From NCBI GenBank assembly GCA_030704615.1, contig CM060733.1:58528001-58592000 (forward strand): a stretch of DNA of 64,000 bases. The letters run 5' to 3'. Positions 1 to 11,335 of this stretch are shown in pieces (position 1 is the stretch's first letter; each line of letters opens with the position of its first letter). The notes under the pieces were generated by a model. The model was not told where the DNA came from and did no database searches. It worked only from the letters and a program-made list of their open reading frames with translations. This stretch comes from Takakia lepidozioides. Its lineage: Eukaryota; Plantae; Bryophyta. Position numbers and translations under genes: made by a program.

Positions 1-1433
1 CACAGTGACTTTCTCTCCATTTTGGGTTTCCAAGGAAATTCACTGGCATCACCGATGTTAGATAAATGATACTCATTCAGCTTCATGTCACCCCAGCATG
101 CCAAGACTTGGCTACTGAAAACGAGGACAAAAGATCAGGAGACAAAGCTTCGATATTCAAAGAATCTTTTTTTCTTTCGAGAATTTTGCAGAGACTGCAA
201 TATGCACAAAACAATCGCTACCAAAGAGACGATATCGTTCTCGTAGAATGATGGTCTTTGGACCAGCTGCATACGAAAGACGTAGATGCTTCCACTTCGA
301 GCACGGCGAAATTTCATAGCAAGCAACCAAACGATCAACTCAATGTGGAGGAGAGACCACACCATAACACTCGAAAGACAGATGAATTTCTAGATCGAAG
401 GACGTGGGAATCTTTGGTCCCAACAAAGGTGCAGAGAAGCTTTTGCAAGGTCTTCTCGCACCTTTGTGGATGATGGATAGATGATAAAGTGAGTCCAATG
501 TACAGATAACGGACGGAGAATACGAAATCTGTTTAGACGTAACGAGAACTGGTTAGGTCAAAAAAAGCTGGCATCCATAAATGCTTTGGCAGGCACAAGC
601 ATGGGCCGCCCGTGCAGACCGGACTGGCCCGTACCAAGCGCGGGTGCAGACGGCCGTGGTTAACAGGGGCCCGGGCCGCGCGGGGCGAAGGTACGTCGCC
701 ACGTCGCATGGAAGCTTCCATGGGGACATGTTGATTCCCATGGTGCCCCCAAGATGCGCGTCGGCTTGCCGGAAAGTGTGTCGGCAACTGCCCGGCTGCG
801 TGTTTAGCCATCTCATGATTTGGGATATGTAGCTGTTGAACTAAAGTTAGAAAACCCTAAAAATAGGAGAAACGCTTTTGCGTAATCCGTGGATAAGGGA
901 ATGAATGGGGGATTCTGTCCGCACAGGTTGACCGATCCACATTTATACCGGATGCAAGTTTGTTTATTCATGGTTTCCTTTAATAGTACAGTCTGCCCTG
1001 GATAAATGTTAACAGTCGGGAGGAGTGTTTTTTTTTTCATATTTCTAAAATCGCTGGCGGGGCCACCTGTGAATTCTACCCAGTGCCCATGTGGCGAGAA
1101 TATCGAGGTAGCATAGTTAGAGAAGTGGCCACATTCCAGGTGTCACGTTTTGACTTGTCCACGTCATCAAGATTAGGCCCCTGAAATTTATCTGCTGCTG
1201 CTTTTTGGCGAAAAAGTCAGATTTTACCCCCCATAATTCCTTTGTACAAGTAGCTGACGGAGTTTCCAGGTCGAAATTTGGCGATTTTTCGCCAGAAAGA
1301 AAAACAGTGGTGGGGAGTAGAAAGAAAATAACATTTAGACAAGGTTAATTGTAGCACATTAACATTTATATTTAACAAATATATATTTTTAGAAATTAAC
1401 ACTTATGAAATAAATTGTAATATATGGAGTCAT

Positions 1434-2700
1434 TCTTTCTTTCTTTTCTTTTTTTCTTTTTTTCTTTTTTGGCAGAACAGGGGACGGAGCCCTGGAAATT
1501 TATTAAATAAAAGCGAGGAAAAAATAACCTCGGAGAAAACAACCATGGAAGATGAAAAAGGGGACACTGCCCGAGACCTAGGTCCTACACACTAAGGGAC
1601 AGAATCCGTGGTGGATCTGCTAAGAGGGAGAATTTTATGAAGATTAACACGAGGAGATGTCGAAGGAGAGGTCTCCTTTTGATTTGCCCTTCCTAAGACG
1701 TATGTGACGCCAATTGACATCCGAGTCTTCCTGCTGCTGCTGAGATTGCTGAGCTTGCTAAGCACTAGTAGAGGACAACCGTTGATTCTTATGTTCTTGA
1801 GCAGAGGAATCTGCCTTTCCCCCAGGTGTTATCAAAGCTAGAGAGAAGTTGCATCCTCTTTCTTTGCGCGCATCTAGCAAGAGCTGCACCCAAAACCCTC
1901 GAGGCCTTCCGTGCTTCAGACATTAAGTCTGAGTGAACTCTATGCATCAACAATTTCACACAAGGTTGAACCCCACCATACACCAGGGAGCACCTAATCT
2001 CCAAATATTCCAAAGGGTATGAGCCCTTAAAATTGCCCAAACTGGACAAACACTCCAAATGGCACCATTGTCCAAGTTCAAAAGCAAAACCGGGACGTTG
2101 ATGGAAACATTCGGATTCCAGAGGTGGTAGAATCTGCAGAACCGTGACCATATGAACGCAGCCAATGGACAGAAGACCAGACACTACTCTATGGACTCTT
2201 CTAGCCCTAATTGGCAGATAGAACAAAGACTAGGGGAGCCAGAAATGAATTGGAAAACCGGCAAAATTCTGTTGGCAATCTTCCACAGGAACCCCGAGAC
2301 CTTCGCAGCCCGGTCCTTCCTCCACATATCCCTCCAAATGGATTTCCAGTCAACCGGTGGTGGAGCCAAATGCCTCCACTTAGAGTTCCATTTGGTAGAA
2401 AAAATCACTGGAGGCCTTAGCACGGAGTAAGCCAGTTTCACCGTGACCCGAAAAATGGGGTGTGTTTCTTATCCATCCAAAGCCCCATCTGTGTGCACAA
2501 CAAATTTGACACCATACAATGAATGGGTTTCTCTTGAGATGGCATAGAAGGCAAAACGCCCATCATTAGAGTGCCCTGCCAACCATTCAAGGAGATTTCT
2601 TTGGTTTAACAAAATGGAGCATATAGATATCCATTGGGAAGGAAGGCTGGAGACAATCAAATCCCACGCATTTGCTTTCCTAACTGACAGAGCTCAAGTG
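1434..2700 (-). mobile_element. L1-type LINE 3' portion (zf-RVT region, 3' UTR, A-rich tail)
   Basis: Minus ORF 2184-2441 reads WKSIWRDMW...KVSGFLWKIANRILP...CSICQLGLEESIE (zf-RVT-like), followed by LWNIWR in ORF 1956-2165. The T-rich run at 1434-1470 is a minus-strand poly(A)-like tail. Confidence 0.8.
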
Positions 2701-2704
2701 GCAA

Positions 2705-3160
2705 CCGACTAGATTATTGGAAACAGGTACTATTGGTCCTTTGACTCTCCAATCCTACCACTCGGCCAAGAGCAACCTTAGTGAGCTCCGCTCCCTCAAG
2801 GAAGACAACATGAGAAGAAAAGCGGGGGTTAATTGGTCTCTCAAAGGAGAAAAAATGTCTGCCTATTTTTTCCAAAAAACGAAGCAACGGCAGGCCTCTA
2901 CATCCATTTGCTCGTTGAGAAATGGGATGAATGTCCCCCAGACGAGTCCTAAATCCATGGCAGCTGTGGTGGCAGAATACTTTGGCTCCCTATTTGCCCG
3001 TCCACCGGTCTTTGTTGACATTTTGGCTAGCAGGCAATTAGTTCTCCAATCAATCCCCTTGATTCTTTCGCCGCAACACAATTTGGTTCTTAACAAGCCC
3101 TTCACAGAAGAGGAGCTCCTTAGAGCTGTAGAATCTTTGGCCTCTTAAGTCCCTTGGCAT
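2705..3160 (+). mobile_element. L1 ORF2 fragment (linker between endonuclease and RT), inverted relative to the adjacent L1 piece
   Basis: ORF 2717-3148 contains KAGVNWSLKGEKMSAYFF, YFGSLFA and LNKPFTEEELLRAVESLAS, ending at a degenerate KSPG-like motif. Confidence 0.8.
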
Positions 3161-3399
3161 CTTTTTAAATGGAACAATCCAAGATGCTGCAGTATAGATC
3201 AGACCAGATTCAACATACTAAAAGAGTTTATTTGGCAATGCGTTGTCAAGTTGTATTCGCATTTAGCGTCATATTTGGTCTATTTATTTAGTCCCTGTTG
3301 TATTTGTTTAGAACTAACATTGTGATGCACAAATTGAAATCTCGGTTTGTCAACATTCCTTAAACAGTTTCCAATCATATGTGTAATAAGTTTGGTAAT

Positions 3400-3585
3400 T
3401 TGTTTTGTTTTGTTTTGTTTGTATCGTCATTGAGATCTCCCGAAACCGCAAGGCCTCTACCCAGGGTCTTGATATCGTTAGAAAACCCTCGACACGTAAG
3501 GATATTGCGAGGGTTGCATAAATATTGGACTTGCGGTGTGGCAGATATTGAATTGGAAGTAATTTTTGTCACTATAAACCGATAA
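3400..3585. repeat. Dispersed non-coding repeat related to 8285-8560
   Basis: Both share TTGTTTTGTTT...TTGAGATCTCCC.AA.CCGC and GAAA.CCCTCGA blocks. Confidence 0.4.
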
Positions 3586-4199
3586 TACACAATGTACTCA
3601 ACAGCACAAGCCACACTAGCACCAATGAAACTATGAAAACGGTTTTTGCCTCGTAGAGCTTTGCAATGTTCACTACATGATTAGGCAGAGCAACCTTTAT
3701 ATCATTCCATCCAAGTTCTTTTTTGATGAGTTATTTAAACTTTAACATTAACAAACATATACAATGTACAAACCATCATAGTATGTTGCACACAATCTGA
3801 AATCAAATGTGATCTTCCGGCACATGTCAAGAGAGTGGATGCGGGAATGACCGCGTCCGTGAACCCAAACTAAGGAGAATGAAAGGGCATATAAAGTAGC
3901 CATTTGCAAGCTCTTGCACTAAAATCGACACCACGTCACCGACCGACATAACATGCTCAACTCCACTTTGAAGCCAGTGACAAAAGTGTCTCAATGGCTG
4001 TAATTCTGTGGGCAAATCACTATGGCCCAATGGGGGTGCTAGTGGTCAATCGGTTGCGTCCTCGACGTCCTAACTCCCTCGCGCGTGTGCAACTCCAAGT
4101 TGTTCTTGCTTCCAACTGAAGTGCACTCTCATCTCCGACTTTACTATGCAAGGGATGTTCTTTAATACAAACTCATGTACTTGCTCTATCACGGTTTTC

Positions 4200-4790
4200 G
4201 ATAGTTTCACCCTTTTGACTTCTTTGGCAAAACCATGTCATTGTTTCTTACATCCTCTCCGTCCTTCGACATTGAGATCAGGCCTCTTTGTCCACCATTT
4301 CATGTACTCCGTACATAAATCATAGCATTTTGCAATGTCATGTACTCTTCTGTCATGCTACCCTGGGGATGTCCCTACCTTCGAGATGTCCTTTTGTCAC
4401 ACATGTGCTTTGAGATCTTTCATATAACGCTCCAGAAAATACATCCACCTCAACGTGGACCAGTCCAACAATCTCTGCCTCTTCCATCAAGTACACTACC
4501 AAATGCACTTGGATATCAAATAATTATGAAGGAGAAAGATGCATCTCCAACATACACAAGACTGTTGTCGTCTCTTCTTTCATTTGTTTGAAGTCCTTTT
4601 CTTCCATCTCTTTTGTGTAAACCAACGAACAAAAAGTTGTAGTTACTTCAAACCATGGATAGTGTTGACATCCTCGAATTTGCCCCGTAGAGATGTCATA
4701 GAACAGTTGGGCTCCGGATGGCTCGTATTGTGGTTCAAAAAAATTCATACGACGATACATATGTACTCAACCGCACAGGCCACACTCGTA
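4200..4790 (-). pseudogene. CACTA/EnSpm transposase C-terminal fragment (DUF4218-like)
   Basis: Minus strand translates, with stops and frameshifts, to LCMLEMHLSPS*LFDIQVHLVVYLMEEAEIVG...RWMYFLERYMKDLKAHV, the TnpD CxLE..FPPSFFD..VHL...RWMYPFERYMK block. Confidence 0.8.
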
Positions 4791-4867
4791 TATATGTAGT
4801 TAAGTTTTTTTTTGTTTTGGTTGATTTCGAATTATCTAATGTGTATTGTAAATAATCTATGTTGCAG

Positions 4868-6100
4868 GGAAAAAACAAATGAATGACATGGATGTGTATA
4901 TGCATCCACTGCTTGACGAACTCAAGATACTATGGAATGGAGTTTCAGCTTCTAATACATTAGCACCCACTGGCCAACGTTCTTTTTTCTTGCAAGGGCT
5001 TTTGCTCCGGACAATGCAAGACTATCCAAGTACAATTTAATTTTATATCTCTAACGTTAATATTTATGCTCGTGTATATGTATTTGTGTACTGTCGGCAT
5101 AATTTTTCTTTAGCAATCGTTTGTTTAAATATGAGCGATGGTATTGTGTAGGGCTTTCGTTTGTTTCAGAACTAAGCACAAAAGGACACCAAACATGTCC
5201 ATATTGTGGGGATAACCTTGATGCACGAAATCTGCTCCACCTAAAGAAAATGATCTTTCCTAATTATCGAAAGTTTCTTCCTCCCATCCATCCATGGAGA
5301 ACGAGAGACAAAAGATTATTTGATAGAGCTGAGGATCTAGGAGATCTCCACATGTGCGTACATCCAGATCGCATCGGACGTATTCCCTTAGTACAATTTG
5401 ATTGATAGGCCCATGCTTGGAAAGATTCGAACTCTCAAGTTTTTTTTTTTTATTCCTTCGAATGTTGGGCCACCTGTAATAAATAATAAATGGCGTGAGC
5501 CGTATGCGGGGAGACTTGCACGTACGGTTATAGCCGAAAGATCGGTGCCTACCCACTTAGAGGCACAGAGTTTGGAAAGGTCAGTGGAAAAAGGTGGTGG
5601 ATAAAATACGTTTGCTCGGAAAGAGTGACATGTCATTGATTTCAATCTTTTATGAGTTGCTTTATTGGGAGGGTACGAGTCTGGAATGTACCATAAATAA
5701 TTCTTGGAATGCCATGACATATTAATATGATATTGTTTAGAGTTTAGGGTTTAGGATTTATGACAATTTATATTATATTGTTGAAAAATAATATATTGAA
5801 ATTTCGATATGCAAGATCTAAAAATCCGGCACTTCCTTGATCCTACGCATATTGAGAAAAATGTGTGCTCATCATTCCTTTGTGTATTGGCAAATACAAC
5901 GGAGAAGAAGAAATGCGGCGACAATTCCTTTAATGTGAGGCAAGAGCTTGAAGACCAGAACCACATGACACGACTATGCCCTCAAGAATGGACAGAGATA
6001 ATGTTCCCAAGTGGAAGTACAAGGCATCAACTTGGACATGTACAAAAGAGAAATGCATCTTGTGTTGTTTTTTTTTTTCTTGGTCATAGGATCTTAAGGA
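4868..6100 (+). pseudogene. CACTA/EnSpm transposase (Transposase_21-like) fragment
   Basis: Reads NDMDVYMHPLLDELKILWNGV...TMQDYP, then after an intron (about 5030-5151) STKGHQTCPYC...YRKFLPPIHPWR, then IRHFLDPTHIEKNV. Confidence 0.85.
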
Positions 6101-6329
6101 TCATGTTTCCCCTTTCCATCTTCACGACTTGTCCAAGGTTATTTTTTTCTAGTTTTTTAAATTTGATTAAAGAGCCTTTGTTGTCATTCTAAAACAATAA
6201 AGTGGGTTATTCCAGCCCAAAAGAATTCCAATAAGGGTCCTTGAATTTTCCACAGGGTTGTTTTTCATGCTCAAAAGCAGGGTGCGCCTAGGAACATCGA
6301 ACGACGGACTACCTAGCAATGGGTGGAGT

Positions 6330-7330
6330 AGGGATAAATTAATGGCTGAAAATATGGACATGTGTAAGTGTACATGGTGAGATTCTAAAAGCATCATCGT
6401 CACGTAATGTTCTTACATACTTGCGAGATAGAAAGGTGGTGGGGTCCATGTTGTGGCGAGGTTTTTTTGGTTTCGGAAAAGGATGGGCTTTGGGGCTACT
6501 AGAGGAGGATACAGCTACATAGTGGGGTCCATTGTCATTGTACACTAGAGGTTTTTGAGGCTGCGGGAGAATGACGGCGTTGTTGAATGGGGCGCGGATT
6601 CTGAACAAGGCTGAAGGAGGATATGGCTGCATGGTGTAGAGTACGTAATTGGACATGGGGTCGTATTACAGCTTCCACCCAACGTTTCGCAGGGTTCGGC
6701 CCTTCACTTGTCAAGGGAGTTTGCCACATTGCAGCACGTGGCAAGATTGTTTTGGCTATCGTTGCTCTGATAGCGACATCTGGGGTTTGTAGCCCAGTAA
6801 TACTCCCCCATCCCAATTACGTTCGATAATGGCCACCGGTTGACCCTGCTCGCGGCCCCGCCGCTCGCCGGGTCTGCTTGGTGGCCATTCTCTAGTACAT
6901 TACGTACACCTAGAAGAAGGCCCCGAGTGGAAGGGCATTCCATAATTTGAGGCCTTGGAGCCGAGGCCGGTAGCCTAAGGCCCTGGGGGCCAAAAATTCA
7001 GGAATATTGCCCAAAAAATGGAGTTTCCTCTGCGTAAAGAAACATGCTAATTTCTTGATCTTTCCGGTACATCTTGTAGGGTCATTAGACTCTAGTAGCC
7101 TACTCACAGGCTTGCAGATGGCTTTTCTTTTCGCCTAAAAGATGAAGAAATGTGTGTAGGACTAGGTACCTGGTTACATGTATGAAGACTAGGGTTTAGG
7201 GTTTAAAATTTAGGGTTAATCTTAAGGCTCTTGTAGACCCAAGTGAATACGTAGTTTTTTCCTTAGAGCATGACCCTGCAACAAACACTAGAATTTGCAC
7301 CTTAGAGGCTCAAAGCTCAAGCGCTATCCT
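6330..7330 (-). mobile_element. Possible highly degraded LINE ORF2 remnant
   Basis: Only weak resemblance to post-RT L1 blocks (KIKKLACF; GLQTPDVAIRATIAKTI). No clean motif. Confidence 0.25.
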
Positions 7331-8284
7331 CCATGTCAAGTGGGAAGATTAAGTGAGCTTCTTAGTCCAACCTTTTGCCTTGAGTGCATGGGTCGAGACA
7401 TAGGTGGATCGCATGTGGTGGGGACAACGACAATACAAAGAGTGAGGGATAAACAACCATTGAGTGCAAATATTCTCAATGCTCTCAATGGGGTTGTGGT
7501 GAGGGCTCCAAATGGGATGGTCATATGTAGAGTGGGGGGTACATAGTGGGGTGGTGTAGGACTCACCTAGACTCAAGCTGGGACTCACGGTGGGAATCCG
7601 TGGCAGTCTATGAACCGGTAAAGAATGCTAGATGGTAGGGATGTAGCCCATAGTAGAGATATAGATCCGTAAACCCTAGCAGGAACCCGAGACTGTCCAC
7701 CCAATCAATCACACATATATCCAAAACGAAAACTCCCGGATTGCACTATATCACCATGATCAAAGCCACCCTAAGTGCAGATCAATGGAATGACCAAGTT
7801 GAAGAGAGTATTTCCAGAAGCCAATCTAATGCCAACCTTATGGCCAATTTGATGGCAAAACGGATAGAGCTTTCAATCCTCCCATTCGGGTCTTCCCCAT
7901 ACACCCGAACTATTTTAAGAAACTATTGTGCGCTGTCCCCCCAAGGAGAAGAGGCTCTTATACTAGCTTTGGCTGGCGTCATATATATAGATATATTGTA
8001 CGCTGTCCGGCGGTCCCAAGGACTGGAGGATTTTATCAACATAATTCTATTATTATTATTATGATCATCAATATATGAAGCAAGGTAGTTTGTTTGTAGT
8101 TTGTTTTGTCGGCTCTCTTCTAGAGAGAGACTTTGCAACATGTTGAAGTCAATGGAGAAGACGTGGTCAAATGACCTTACACCATGTCACGGCAACGATT
8201 GATGATTGATGTGTTGTGCTGAGTCATTCCCCTTATTCTCACCTTCCTCATATGTTTTGCCAAAGCAAGAGAGATCGCCCTGTT

Positions 8285-8560
8285 AGGCTTGTTTTGTTTT
8301 GCAGCGTTGAGATCTCCCAAACCGCCCCTAACCCTGGTGCTTACCAAATCGAGGCAAACTCTGAATACTAGATGGTACTGTTGGAAAGCCCTCGATGAGG
8401 AGGGGTGCACCGACTTAGTCTCATAATTTTTGGACATACAACGCGTGGGAGATATGGAATTTCAAGTACTATTTGTCGCTGGAAAATTTGTAAAAAATAG
8501 CAAAGTGGGCTTTCTTGGAACAATGACGTGGAGATCTCCCAAACTGCAAGGTATCATAAT
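8285..8560. repeat. Dispersed non-coding repeat related to 3400-3585
   Basis: Shares the blocks noted for 3400-3585. GAGATCTCCCAAAC also recurs internally at about 8531. Confidence 0.4.
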
Positions 8561-9130
8561 TTTCACCTGTGGATTATTCTGTAATAATAAAGATTATAAA
8601 AAAAGAAAAGAAAAGAAAAATGACTTGTTAGATATTATTTAGGAATAATACGTACCGTTATCGTATATGTGCGCAGAATCTCTTTCGCCGATGAGGATCC
8701 AACGATCCAACGGCGAGGATGCAGCGAGCTTTGGACACGAGGAGTGCGCACGTGTGCCATTTCTGCAGGCAGCAGTTAAGGCGGACCGGGACACCTGTGG
8801 CGAACAGCGAGGCGCCAGCTGTGCGATCTTTACCACAGTGGCCGTTTCTTTCCAGGGTGCGACAAGTCATGTCAACCCTTTGTCGCTCGGAAGCAGACCT
8901 CACAGTTTCCGAGCCGGAAAAAGGGTCCAATAGGTGGTTGGGCCCTGCTGCCCGTTATTACGGCGGGCCCACCGGAGTGCTGCGCTGCACCCACCGGGAA
9001 CTGCACCGCAGACCAACCCTCCAAGGTCAGACTTCGCCAGAGTTTAGCCAGGTATAGCCACAAATTGCTAATTGGAATTTCGCTGACATGTCTCCATTAC
9101 TTTTACTTTTTACACAGATTCCAGTGCATA

Positions 9131-9313
9131 AAGATAAAGATAAAGATAAAGATTCTTTAACGTCCAGCGAATTTACAGAGCCTACTGCTCAACACACAGG
9201 CCATCGAGGGCCCAATGGACGGTCTGAAGGCACATGTTGAAGGATTGAACCCAGGATCACCTATGTTATGCACAGGCAAGGCACAAACACCCAACCACTG
9301 GGCTACCTGCTCG
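9131..9313 (-). mobile_element. tRNA-derived SINE, family A, full length
   Basis: Minus strand has A box TAGCCCAGTGG, B box GGTTCAATCC and a (TCTTTA)n tail. 8-bp TSD AGTGCATA at 9123-9130 and 9314-9321. Second copy at about 27400-27522. Confidence 0.85.
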
Positions 9314-11335
9314 AGTGCATAGTCCGCCCTGGTGTGGCGGCAGGCTCGCCGGTATCATCCATATTCGATTTAGTTTCATGGTTACGGTGCGGACACAGCT
9401 GCTCCCGATCATGAGTTTTAAGTAATTTGTTGTGGTCAGTAAAAATTGACCAAGGTGCCGTCTAACAATTGACAACTTGTATTTTATAATATGTAGTTCT
9501 GATTATTTCAAAATTTGGGAAACTAATAACCTCCTTGGAAAAAAAAAAACTCCTGATCAGGTTAGTAGCAAAAACCTGAGTTAATCAATGCTGTCTACTT
9601 TACCTACCAGTTGTTTTCACCGGTTATTTCTTGTTTTGAAAACTGCCGGTGAAGTGGGTTTGTCTACGATCAAAGAACCACCCAACATTGGTTGATAATG
9701 GTGAGAGCGGTTTGAAAGCGTGGGTAGTTGAGGGCTCCAACAGGCATAAGCCTTCCCTGTCTAACTTAGGTGTTTTGCTCTTATTTACGCTAGCTTCGGC
9801 TGGAGTCATATGTATATATATTTTTCTTTGTAAAGATAGGCACAAATTTCCCATGATTGGATGTAAATTGTGAACGGGAATATGGAGGAGGTAAAGTTCT
9901 TAGCTGAGGACTTGCCCTTTCTTTTTCCCTCAAAGGCAGAGGAGTCGTGGGCGCCAAGACAGAGTCCAAAACCCAGGAAAGGCAAGTAGTGAAGCACTGC
10001 TAAAACATTACCCGCTGCCCCGGCCCCTGCCCGGAATATGATGGCTGTATTCCGGGCAGAGCATGAAGTCCAACGACAGGGAAATTCTGGTGGGGGATGT
10101 CACTATATTCTTTTTGAGCAGTGCTGAGCCGCGGGAGGGGCAAGGCCGGCTACATTCCAATATTCCCCTCCTCTTGATCGCAATCGGAAATAATCTATCA
10201 TGCGGAGTGCACTTTACATCCAGGTTTGGCTACTTTAACAATTTCTTTTCCCTTCAATAATTGTTTTCTAATTTTTTTCCCTTCAATAATCATTCAATAA
10301 AATTAAAACATTCCCGGCGGCCAATATTGAAAAAGTTGGAGAGCTATCATTATTTGAGAGAATCCGGGATGTGGTGTGAAAGATCCTTATCCCCCAAAAC
10401 ATGCCTGCCACCAGGTAATAACTACACTGCCCCCACGCCGCACCTGGTTCTAGAACTTACCCCACTCAACCCTCAACCATGGTAAAACCTGAAAACACAG
10501 AATAAAAATAGAAAAACATAATGGCAGAGAATACATTGAAAGGTACTTCTAGAAGCTTCTGCGTGCCAAAGATTTTGATACCAACCAAGCGTGAAGCTGC
10601 CTCACAACGTGCTGGGTTCGACTCCGCATGCGCTGTGCGTATTGATGAGGGCCCAACAGCTACAGGTTGTTTTGGAATAAAGGGAGAGCACAAGAAGCTT
10701 TTCGAAATAAAGGTGGCGTGGTGGGGGGCGCGAATAAAAGGGACGACGGGGGGGCTGCACTCTCGTCTCTCCACTCGAGGCCTGCTCTGCTCCGAGGCCC
10801 CGCGTTATCGGAGCTGCGTTCTGCGGACGTATTTGGCCTGTGTATGTGGCCCTGCTCTCACACTCTTCTCGCACAGCGCAGTCTGACAGCAAAGGACAAG
10901 CTCCAAGCAATCCGTCCTGCGCTCTGTGCAGGGATTGCGCGAGATGGCCGCTGAGCACTTGGATTACGACGGATATTGAGCTTTGCTGCCCTGTGTACCC
11001 GAGCCCGAGGTGCAGAGTAGAGCACTAGGCTAGAAGGTGAAGCGAAGCACTCTCCTCGAGGGAAGTTGTGTTTCCTCTCTGTAGCTCGGGGAGAGGAGAG
11101 AAAAGACCTATATCACACCTATGTCACTGGCATTTTCTACAGCAGCTTGGATTAGTGGAGGAGCGAAAGCATTAATCGAGGCTTGATTTTGGTGCCTGGC
11201 TGTGAGGGAGAGAAAGGCGTTGTAGCGGGGAGATTAAGCTCACTCGGTGACGTTGTGGAGGGAGATCGAGTGCAGATGAGTGTGTAGTAGCAGGGGAGAA
11301 TTTGGTGAGCAAGGAGGAGGGGGCACCTGCTCAAG

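Noticed and set aside
66-1400. Short ORFs at the window start, and similar ones at 7741-8064, 8639-9063 and 10466-11028
   Set aside because: No recognisable domains or splice structure; probably chance ORFs in repeat or promoter DNA.
5736-7217. TTTAGGG telomere-like units at about 5742 and 7191-7217 (also about 32350)
   Set aside because: Only two or three degenerate units each; not an array and not evidence of a chromosome end or fusion.
9191-9313. tRNA gene
   Set aside because: A and B boxes are present but there is no clean cloverleaf. The body, tail and TSD indicate a SINE; the same applies at 27400 and 46369.
11049-11100. miRNA-like hairpin upstream of ABCG (CTCTCCTCGAG...CTCGGGGAGAG)
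   Set aside because: The stem is only about 11 bp, too short for a plant pre-miRNA.
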